Shown in pieces: positions 38,387-46,383 of a DNA stretch of 64,000 nt (its first letter is position 1; every line of letters begins with the position of its first letter). A program made the translations under genes and the position numbers. Source of the DNA: an uncultured archaeon (GTDB lineage Archaea; Aenigmatarchaeota; Aenigmatarchaeia; CG10238-14; SCSR01); assembly GCA_964366355.1 (NCBI GenBank), contig CAYITO010000001.1:2459-66458 (forward strand). Reading direction: 5' to 3'. Under the pieces are notes generated by a model that saw nothing but the letters and a program-made list of their open reading frames with translations, was not told the DNA's origin and made no database searches.

Positions 38387-40573
38387 TTACGGCGAAACAA
38401 TCCCAGACGCCGTGTCATTGTATCCTGTTGAGTTTACAGTGACATTTGTTGGATATACCCCGCCGCTAGAATAATTGGTTTCAATTACGATGAACAAGGG
38501 CTCTGTAGTGTTTAATGTCACATCTTGATTGGATGATATGCTTTGGGCATCAGTCTTGAACAGCCATGAAACCGCCCTCTGGCCTATGTTGTTTACTGCG
38601 GTAATTAATTGTATAGTGCTGCCCTGGCTTTCCGAGAATGTGGAATGCTCGGTTATCTCAACCATCTTTACGACGAACCTGTCGACAAGAGAATCGAGGA
38701 AAGAGCCGCTGTATGCGTTTATTGTGTTTGACTTGTTGCCTTGGGTTGTGTAGTTGTGCCTGTGGGAGACATTGGTCGCCCCGCCTCTTGGCAAGGTTGA
38801 GATGTTACTGTTGGTGACGCTAGGATCAGTCATGTTCCAAGAAACAGCCAAGTCCTGCGGCCAGTAGTTCTTGATTGTGAAGTTGGTTGTCCTGTTGGTC
38901 TCCCTCTCCCTATAGCTGTTGTAGTTTTCTATTTCTATAGATTTCAAAGTAAATGTCTCATTGAATCTGTCGCTTAAGCCTCCGGAAGAAACTACTACAG
39001 AAACATTCTTATCTCCCTCCGTTGTGTAGGTTATATCCTGTGTTATTTGTCTTGACTGGTTTGTGGCTAATGTAAGAGAGTTTGAAAAGGTCTGCCCATC
39101 ACTGATGATGTGCCATGTTATCGTAGATGGATAATAGTAATTTGTGATGTTGAACTTTACCAGCCTATTGTTTCCTGATAGCGAGCTCGCATTGTAGTCT
39201 TCTATAGCTATTCCCTTGATTTCAAAATTGATTGTCTTTGAATGGTTGCCATCTGTTGAATTTGCAATGCAAGTGAAAGTCTTCTTCCCTGGCAATGAGT
39301 AATTATAATTAAATGTGATGTTTCTGTATTCCTTGGCAGCCATGGTGAATGAGGAGTTGGACGACCTCCCTTCGCTGCAGTCCCAATTGACGCTTGAAGA
39401 CGCGACATCCATGTCGTTGAATATCTGCAGGCTGAAGTTCACCAAAGTCCTGTCTTGGTTGGGAGTTGACAAGTCCGTTATCTTGATTCCAAACTTTGCA
39501 TTTAGATTTTCAAAATCTACTGAATTGCTTGCTGAGCGTCCAGTGATATTTATCCTGTAGTCTCCTGCGCTGGTGTAGTTGTTCGCGGCTACAACCAATA
39601 TAGATTCGTTGTTCAGGATGTCGAATGCGATTGCTGAATTGACCAGTATGGTGCCGAAGTCTATGCTCCAAGCGCCGCTGGTTGCAGTTGTGTTCTTCTC
39701 GTTAGCAAGGTAGAATTGAATTGTTCTTGTCCTGTTGGTTGAATAGAGCTCTCCTTGGTTGATTACATCTATTCCTGCATCGCCAGTCACTATTTGGAAT
39801 GGCGCATGGACTGGAGTTCCGTTGTAGACGAACTTGGTCGTGTTGATGCTGTTCCTGACAATTTTCAGGATGTTGCCTATTGCATTGTAGGAATAGTAGA
39901 ATGTCTGACCACCTAAGCTGGCATTTACTAGCCTGTCCAAGAAATCATAGGTCATGTTGTACGTCCTGCCGTTTGCCTTGTCGTCTATCACAATGATGTT
40001 GCCAACCTTGTCATAGTAGTAAGTCAGATTTTGTACGCTTCCTGTCCTTATCTGCGCCAGCCTCGCATTCTGGGAGTCGTATGAGAACTCAGTAACCCTT
40101 GTATTTGCATAAGTTCTATTTAGAGGATTGTCGAACGCGTTGTGGAATGTGCTGTTGATAAAATCAATTATTTTTGATATCTTGCTCTGGTTGTTGTAGT
40201 TGTAGTCCGTGGTTATGCCTGGGCTGAGCGTTTGTTTCACCAGCCTGTCCATGGAGTCGTAGTAGTTCCTTTTCTCGAAAATGATTCCGTCTATGGTTCT
40301 AGTTTCTTTAGTTACTCTGAGCTTGTCATCGTATTCGTATTTGAATGTTGAGTTGCTGAAGGTGATGTTGGTTAATGTCCCCTCGTAATCCTTGTCGTAT
40401 GCATAGGTGATGTTTATACTTGTCATGTTTTTCGTAAGTATTCTGTTCAATGCATCGTAGGATATGTTCACTTGGTTTGTTGGGTTGTCGTAGGTGAGAT
40501 TTTGCACAGAGGCTACGGCTAATTGTGGCAATGCTAGCAAAAACAAAATAAAAACTATTGTTTCAGTTTTCAT
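38387..40573 (-). CDS. Secreted YD-repeat protein with tandem Ig/PKD-like, N-glycosylation-sequon-rich C-terminal repeats
   Basis: Signal peptide MKTETIVFILFLLALPQLAVA. N-terminal RHS/YD-type repeats (..YAYDKDY.., ..YYDSMDRLV.., ..YDFLDRLV..). The C-terminal half has ~100-aa internal repeats with very many N-x-S/T. Confidence 0.7.
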   Translation of the reverse strand: MKTETIVFILFLLALPQLAVASVQNLTYDNPTNQVNISYDALNRILTKNMTSINITYAYDKDYEGTLTNITFSNSTFKYEYDDKLRVTKETRTIDGIIFEKRNYYDSMDRLVKQTLSPGITTDYNYNNQSKISKIIDFINSTFHNAFDNPLNRTYANTRVTEFSYDSQNARLAQIRTGSVQNLTYYYDKVGNIIVIDDKANGRTYNMTYDFLDRLVNASLGGQTFYYSYNAIGNILKIVRNSINTTKFVYNGTPVHAPFQIVTGDAGIDVINQGELYSTNRTRTIQFYLANEKNTTATSGAWSIDFGTILVNSAIAFDILNNESILVVAANNYTSAGDYRINITGRSASNSVDFENLNAKFGIKITDLSTPNQDRTLVNFSLQIFNDMDVASSSVNWDCSEGRSSNSSFTMAAKEYRNITFNYNYSLPGKKTFTCIANSTDGNHSKTINFEIKGIAIEDYNASSLSGNNRLVKFNITNYYYPSTITWHIISDGQTFSNSLTLATNQSRQITQDITYTTEGDKNVSVVVSSGGLSDRFNETFTLKSIEIENYNSYRERETNRTTNFTIKNYWPQDLAVSWNMTDPSVTNSNISTLPRGGATNVSHRHNYTTQGNKSNTINAYSGSFLDSLVDRFVVKMVEITEHSTFSESQGSTIQLITAVNNIGQRAVSWLFKTDAQSISSNQDVTLNTTEPLFIVIETNYSSGGVYPTNVTVNSTGYNDTASGIVSP

Positions 40574-40877
40574 ATAAGCCTCTTTTAATCCTCTGACCGA
40601 ACGGGTCGTAGGAGTATTCTTCAACGATTGGGAAAGTTGCGTCTATTTCTACCGAATAGTTTTCCAAAAATATTTCAAATCCGATTAGGTAGTGTGAAAA
40701 GTTGCCGATGGTGTTGTTATCTTTGTCTGCTATAGTTCCTAGAGTTTCGAAGATGGTGAGGTTGGTGGGAAAGGGAAAAGAAGTTTCAGTTGAAGGTTCT
40801 GTATAATCTAATGCCTCAGCTTCTTGTGTAAATAAAATTATTGTTAGAAGTAATGTAAGTAAAAATAACAATCTCAT
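40563..40877 (-). CDS. Small secreted protein ending in an Rhs-like YDPFGQRIK motif (possible Rhs-derived fragment)
   Basis: Signal peptide MRLLFLLTLLLTIILFTQEAEA. C-terminus ..EEYSYDPFGQRIKRG is identical over 9 aa to ..YTYDPFGQRIKIS in the large Rhs protein. Confidence 0.45.
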   Translation of the reverse strand: MRLLFLLTLLLTIILFTQEAEALDYTEPSTETSFPFPTNLTIFETLGTIADKDNNTIGNFSHYLIGFEIFLENYSVEIDATFPIVEEYSYDPFGQRIKRGLYEN

Positions 40878-41476
40878 TTTTTACTCTCCTTTGTAAAATA
40901 ATACTCTATGTTAGAGTCGTAGACTTCTCTAAGTCTGTGAGAGGAATATGTTTTGTCCAAAAGTCCAGTAGCAAAAACTTTTACTAAATGTATAGGATTT
41001 ACTGGTATCTTCCCACCGACTAAAACAGGTTTATGGTAATCTATATCATTTTTAGGTTTCTTGATAAAGTCCCATTTAAGTCCTTTTACATTTTTTCTAA
41101 ATGTTTCACCAAGATACATTCCTATATCGTAACATAAGGAAAGTGTTTCCTTAGACAGGTCTACTTTCGGTATATCCACATGCGGTTTTAAGTGCCCCGG
41201 AATTCCACTCTCAATTTTTTCAATTTCATTTTTAGTCAATTTTCTACTTGTTATGCGTTTTGCAAACCATTCACCTAAATATTTTAGAGACTCTGGAGAA
41301 AAGTTTAGTTTTCTAGGGTCGTATCCAGTATTTTGCGCCGTTTTTTTAAAAATTTCTATCCTTCCCGGTATAGATTTAACAAACCATTTTAGAAATTTTT
41401 CAGCTTCTTTCTCGGACATTTCTTTGAAGCTTCTTTTGATCGGAAATTCTATTAGTTTATAATTTCTTACGGCCAT
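40874..41476 (-). CDS. Candidate Rhs immunity protein (cytoplasmic, no signal peptide)
   Basis: 200-aa ORF overlapping the 3' end of the rhs gene by 10 nt. Position is typical of rhsI immunity genes. No known family recognised. Confidence 0.5.
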   Translation of the reverse strand: MAVRNYKLIEFPIKRSFKEMSEKEAEKFLKWFVKSIPGRIEIFKKTAQNTGYDPRKLNFSPESLKYLGEWFAKRITSRKLTKNEIEKIESGIPGHLKPHVDIPKVDLSKETLSLCYDIGMYLGETFRKNVKGLKWDFIKKPKNDIDYHKPVLVGGKIPVNPIHLVKVFATGLLDKTYSSHRLREVYDSNIEYYFTKESKK

Positions 41477-44400
41477 TTTATTTTCACCTGTGAAACAACA
41501 TACGAAATAGCACCTTTAGTTTGTTCTATTGACTTTTCAAATTCTTTTAATGCACCCCTTGTGAATCCAGACTTTCCAGTTATAGGACTTTCAAATAAAA
41601 CCCACTGTATACTTTTCTTTACACCACTTTGCACTAGTTCTATGTCTTTTGCTATTTGGGCTTTAAAATCTTTTGTTGCAGAAACTCTTCCAACTTTGAC
41701 TTCAAATGCTTTTCCAGTTTGCGGTACTATTACATCTGGAATGCGTTTGCCTTGACTAGTAGATAATGGTTGCTTATTAAGCACTCCTCCTTCTTGCTTA
41801 GCTATTGTGCTTTCTGAGCTTTTGCTTATTTGTTTGTTTATTTCGATTTGTTTGGCTTTTTCAATATTTCTACTAATATCAGTAATTTTACCACCAGAAC
41901 TAATCGCATTAATCCCAGCTTCAGCTCCTTTTACTACAACTCTCCCGCCAGTCAAACCAGGAGCAGCCAACCCGCCTATATCAGCAATCAAAGAACCATA
42001 ATTCCAAAGATTAGTTGGATCATCTTGTATATCCCGTATATCCATAGTTATGAACGCTACATCTACAGCAGATTCTAAGTATTTTCCACAAGGATCCTTG
42101 TACTTGTAAGGGTTGCCTAGCGCATACGAGTACCTATTCAGAAACTGCGGGTTATACGGATTTTGAACTATCGGATCAGGTCGTAACCTCAATCCCCACT
42201 CAGGCTTGTAAGGAACGTTGCAAAGCATGTAAGTGTTGGTTTGGTCTTTGAATTGTCCTGTGTATAACTTCGGGTCGGCAAGACCACCTCCAAGCAACTC
42301 CCCATAAGGCGAGTAGTAACTGTTCTCGACAACATTGCCATTAGAATCAGTAATCAACGTAGTGCTCCCAAGATGGTCTGGATGGTAGAAATATTTACTG
42401 CCATCTGGATTAACTCTCGCAACAAGTATTCCTTCCTGGTATACGTAAGTGAAGTCAAAAGTGCCAGTGGAATTTTTAATTCTCATTAGCTCCTTGAACG
42501 GGATGTATACTGTCGTGTTTGTAGTGTCATTCCTAGAAATCTTTATCCTCTGCCCGAACGGGTCGTATGTATAGTTTTCTAATATTGGTGAACTAGATGT
42601 ACTGCCATTCCTAATTTTTATTAACTGATTCAATCCATCATATTCCCTGTAATATCCATCGCCAGTAACAAGATTGCCCCCACCATTCTGCCTCTGAGTA
42701 ATTAGATTGCCAACAAGGTCGTATGCATAAGTCCAATTCCCCAAATCAGGGTCGCTAAGTGCAATTCTCCTGCCAAGCGAGTCATAAGCGAATGTAAACT
42801 TGTTGCCAAGAGCATCGGTAATCTTGATTAAATTGTCTTGAGTATCATACTCGTAAGAGGTGTTGTAGACTTCCTCGGAAGTTACGTTCAATACTGCATC
42901 TAGGATTGGGTCGTTGTTGTACTCCAAGACATTTGCAATTCTATCGTACCCATCAAGCACGTAAGCTTTCCTGTGGCTGTTCTCGTCGAATGCTGTAATA
43001 GTTCTGTGATTAAATAAAATTGTCTTGTTCGTCCCGTCTGGGTTTCTAACAAAAGTCACTCTACCCAGCACATCAAACGTGTAGTTAGTGTTGTTGACAG
43101 TAGCAGACGGCGTGCTCAATCCAGTACTAAAGCTATCAAAATATGGATTCTGCTCGCTAACAACTCTGCCAAGACTATCATAGAAAAGATTCTTCACAAT
43201 CTGCTGGCTGCCGTCAGCAGGTCTTTTAAATTGAACAAAGTTGGCAAACCCGTCGTAGTAGAAGTAAGTGTCGTAAGTCTTGTTGGCAGTAGTCCTTTGT
43301 GAAACTTTGATTATCTCAGGCGCAACCCCGTCGAATATGTAGGTGTAGTTTTTGGTAGGCAGTTCAAAGCTATCAAACGGCTGCACTTCCTTGGCAATCC
43401 TTCCAAAAACATCATAGTGATAAGAGGTATTCACATCATTCGAAAACTGCCACAATAGGTTCCCAGTACCCAGATCATACTTGTAGTCAGCCCTGTGAAA
43501 TAGCGCATTGGTAACCGCATCAGGATAAGTGAATGTAGTGTCCCTAAAGCCGAAGTTATATCTTACAACCCTTCCAAGAGGGTCTGTCTGCCTAACCACA
43601 TTCCCGAAAGGATCATAATCATACTTGACGACATGCCTTCCCCCAGTGTCAACCCAAGTATCAATTTCTGTTACATCGCCTTTAGTAGCATTCGAACCGT
43701 ATGGCAATCCATCATAAGAATACCTGACATCACCAACTTTGGTGGAATTGTCCGATGAAAATAGTTGATACTGCTTCAGCCTGTCGACAATCCATGAAGT
43801 GCTGTTGACAACATAGGAATACCTCTCGTACTTCTCATCTCCAGTTACATTGACATCGCCAAAGAATACACTCGAGACAAGATTCCCGAAATTGTCGTAT
43901 GAATAAGAGGCATTCGTCACCTTGGCGCCGGTGGAGTTGCCATCATGCAAATAATTAGCCTGCGAAAGAAGGAAAATCTTGAAATAGCCGCTGGTGTTGG
44001 TGAAATTGTACACGCTCTCATCCTTCGAGAAAATGCTGCCCGTGGAATTAAACACCTCTGTCTTGTATTCCGTCCCCCTCCTCGCATCATCCTGGTGGAA
44101 GTAATGGCTTACCAACGAGTTATCAGGCAGCGTCTCGTTCACAACCCCGAATCCCCTAAACTCAAAATCGTCATAATCGTAGCTGGCATTCGCATACGTG
44201 TAATTGAACCTTCCGACAACGCCGAATGCATTGGTCATGGAGTTGTTCTGCGTTGCATTCGCCACGACCCAGACATTGAACCCGATGTCGGAAACGTTAT
44301 TGGTTCCGTTGTTGCCGAATGACGTGGAGGCGGTATAGTTTATCGACTCTATCGCAATAACCCCGCCAAGCTCGTTGACGATGCGCTTGAGCAGGAAAGG

Positions 44401-46383
44401 CGTGGTCTGGTTCTTGATCCAAGTGAACTTGGTGCTGCCGTTGGCTATGAATATGTCCATGAAGCCGTCGCCATTTGCATCCGACACCCTCCTCCCAATA
44501 TTCCTCCCGTTCATTATGAAAACCTCAGGAGACCCCCATGAGTTGTTCATCGTCCACCCATTCCCATTATTCAGCCAAGTGTTCCTCGACGAAGTGCTTT
44601 CATTGAAGTAATCCTCAATAATGTCAACCAAACCATCGCCGTTTATATCGGCAAACCTAACCCCCCTGTCAGGATTGCTGCCAGTCACAAAATCAATCGG
44701 GGGAGCCCACACGGAGGAAAAGTCCGCCCAAGTGCCATTCCCCATGTTGAGCCACGCATTATGCCCGTTGTGCCCCTTGATGATATCAACCAATCCATCC
44801 CCATTAACATCCTCCAGCCTCGCCCCCGTGTCCACACCCGTGCCGTCTATGAACTCCACAGGAGCCACCCACACAGAGCTCACATTAGTCCACCCGTCGC
44901 CGTTGTTTACAAACGCGCTTTTGTTGCCGCCTCTCGACTGCAGTATGTCGACCCTCCCGTCGCCGTTGAAATCAACCAAATGAGTCCCGCCGTCAAAACC
45001 GCCCTGGAGAAAATAAACAGAGTTTGGTAACTTCCATGCGGCCGAACTGTTCCACCCCGTGCCGTTGTTGAGCCACGCCAGCCTCGTGTCAGGCGTGTTC
45101 TTCGACTGCACGATATCCATCAACCCGTCATTGTTCAAGTCCGCAAACCTCACGCCCTGGTCAGCATCGTTGCTGTCGACAAAATAAATCGGCGGGGCAA
45201 ATGAATTGTCAGGCACGAAATTGCCGTTCCTGTCGTTTACCCAAGCCCTCTTGTCCGCATTGATTTCCCTTCCCAGCAGCACATCAACAAACCCGTCGTT
45301 ATTGAAATCGACCAGCCTCGCCCCGTGGTCAGACGTCTCCACGGAAAAATCCGTGGGCATCACCCACTTTGTGAAAGACTTGCTGAAATTTGCGCCAGGA
45401 GAATGATAGTCGAACGATATCTGGTGAAGCAGCGAGACCCCGTCAGAGCCGAAATATTTCATCCTCCCCAAAGACGACAAGGACCTCTCTGCGCTCAAGT
45501 TCAGATATTCGAAGCTATAATTTCTGACCAGCTTGCCGTCTGCAAACACGTGAATATTTTCAAGCCTCCTGCTTTCATTAAGAATGTTCCCCTGCTCAAA
45601 CACCGTCCTCTTGTCAGGCCTTGCGGAACCCTCGTAGACAAAATCTATAACTCTCCTCCTGTCATTGTTGTACTGTATCTGAACCAGGTATGCGGCACCG
45701 TTGTCCTCTGAGTTTGGGTCCTCAGAATAATGGTAAAATATCTTGTTGTCGTGGGTGTCGTTAACCAAATCAACGCTCCACCTGACAGCATAATTCTTTC
45801 CCGTATTCGACGCCAGTTCAGAATAGTTGCTGTATCCAAACCTGTACTGCGTGCCGTCCTTTGCAGTAACAATCCAGTAAAGGCCATAGGTGTTGTTGAT
45901 GCTTGACGAATTCTGGATCTTCATGAACGACTCAATCCTGGTATGGAACAACCCGTCATTGCTGTCATAAACCAATTCATAAGCATTGCCGTTTAGGATT
46001 AGTTTGAACTCGTCGTCGGGCGTGCTGGCCGCCGTGCCGTTCACATCCCTGAACACATAGCTCTGCGTCAACTGCCATCCGCTGCCGAGTACTCCAGGCC
46101 TCTGCTTCACACTCTGGCTGTTGTACGTTATTGACAGAAATGGCTGCAATCCATTGGTGCCTTTAGGAACCTCTATGGGATACGCGTAAGTAGCCGCTCC
46201 AGTGAACAAGTTTGTGCTATAGCTCCCGTACAATTTCACCTTCGGATGCTCGGGGATATTGGCCTTATGCAGGTAAGGCTTGTAGGAGTCGTCGGCAGCA
46301 ATCGATGCGGGAACTAAAACCAGAAAACTGATGAGAACCAAAATCAAATTCTGGTTTGTTATAATCCAAATGCATCTCACCAT
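41467..46383 (-). CDS. Rhs/YD-repeat polymorphic toxin, TcB/TcC-like architecture (SpvB N-domain, FG-GAP-like beta-propeller, RHS shell, Rhs core, C-terminal toxin domain)
   Basis: Signal peptide MVRCIWIITNQNLILVLISFLVLVPASIAA. SpvB-like ..VKQRPGVLGSGWQLTQSYV.. Six or more D-x-N-x-DG-x-x-D repeats (FVDFNGDGRVD, FADLNNDGLMD, LEDVNGDGLVD, FADINGDGLVD..). Many YDxxGR-type repeats. Rhs core ..YYSPYGELL..YMLCNVPYKPEWGLRLRPDP..LNRYSYALGNPYKYKDPCGKY. Then a ~220-aa unique C-terminal domain. Confidence 0.85.
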   Translation of the reverse strand: MVRCIWIITNQNLILVLISFLVLVPASIAADDSYKPYLHKANIPEHPKVKLYGSYSTNLFTGAATYAYPIEVPKGTNGLQPFLSITYNSQSVKQRPGVLGSGWQLTQSYVFRDVNGTAASTPDDEFKLILNGNAYELVYDSNDGLFHTRIESFMKIQNSSSINNTYGLYWIVTAKDGTQYRFGYSNYSELASNTGKNYAVRWSVDLVNDTHDNKIFYHYSEDPNSEDNGAAYLVQIQYNNDRRRVIDFVYEGSARPDKRTVFEQGNILNESRRLENIHVFADGKLVRNYSFEYLNLSAERSLSSLGRMKYFGSDGVSLLHQISFDYHSPGANFSKSFTKWVMPTDFSVETSDHGARLVDFNNDGFVDVLLGREINADKRAWVNDRNGNFVPDNSFAPPIYFVDSNDADQGVRFADLNNDGLMDIVQSKNTPDTRLAWLNNGTGWNSSAAWKLPNSVYFLQGGFDGGTHLVDFNGDGRVDILQSRGGNKSAFVNNGDGWTNVSSVWVAPVEFIDGTGVDTGARLEDVNGDGLVDIIKGHNGHNAWLNMGNGTWADFSSVWAPPIDFVTGSNPDRGVRFADINGDGLVDIIEDYFNESTSSRNTWLNNGNGWTMNNSWGSPEVFIMNGRNIGRRVSDANGDGFMDIFIANGSTKFTWIKNQTTPFLLKRIVNELGGVIAIESINYTASTSFGNNGTNNVSDIGFNVWVVANATQNNSMTNAFGVVGRFNYTYANASYDYDDFEFRGFGVVNETLPDNSLVSHYFHQDDARRGTEYKTEVFNSTGSIFSKDESVYNFTNTSGYFKIFLLSQANYLHDGNSTGAKVTNASYSYDNFGNLVSSVFFGDVNVTGDEKYERYSYVVNSTSWIVDRLKQYQLFSSDNSTKVGDVRYSYDGLPYGSNATKGDVTEIDTWVDTGGRHVVKYDYDPFGNVVRQTDPLGRVVRYNFGFRDTTFTYPDAVTNALFHRADYKYDLGTGNLLWQFSNDVNTSYHYDVFGRIAKEVQPFDSFELPTKNYTYIFDGVAPEIIKVSQRTTANKTYDTYFYYDGFANFVQFKRPADGSQQIVKNLFYDSLGRVVSEQNPYFDSFSTGLSTPSATVNNTNYTFDVLGRVTFVRNPDGTNKTILFNHRTITAFDENSHRKAYVLDGYDRIANVLEYNNDPILDAVLNVTSEEVYNTSYEYDTQDNLIKITDALGNKFTFAYDSLGRRIALSDPDLGNWTYAYDLVGNLITQRQNGGGNLVTGDGYYREYDGLNQLIKIRNGSTSSSPILENYTYDPFGQRIKISRNDTTNTTVYIPFKELMRIKNSTGTFDFTYVYQEGILVARVNPDGSKYFYHPDHLGSTTLITDSNGNVVENSYYSPYGELLGGGLADPKLYTGQFKDQTNTYMLCNVPYKPEWGLRLRPDPIVQNPYNPQFLNRYSYALGNPYKYKDPCGKYLESAVDVAFITMDIRDIQDDPTNLWNYGSLIADIGGLAAPGLTGGRVVVKGAEAGINAISSGGKITDISRNIEKAKQIEINKQISKSSESTIAKQEGGVLNKQPLSTSQGKRIPDVIVPQTGKAFEVKVGRVSATKDFKAQIAKDIELVQSGVKKSIQWVLFESPITGKSGFTRGALKEFEKSIEQTKGAISYVVSQVKIKWP

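Noticed and set aside
43945-45711. Several 80-130-aa plus-strand ORFs inside the rhs gene
   Set aside because: They lie antisense to a 1638-aa gene with clear domain conservation. They are G/P/R-rich, as expected from the reverse complement of Asp/Gly-rich repeats.
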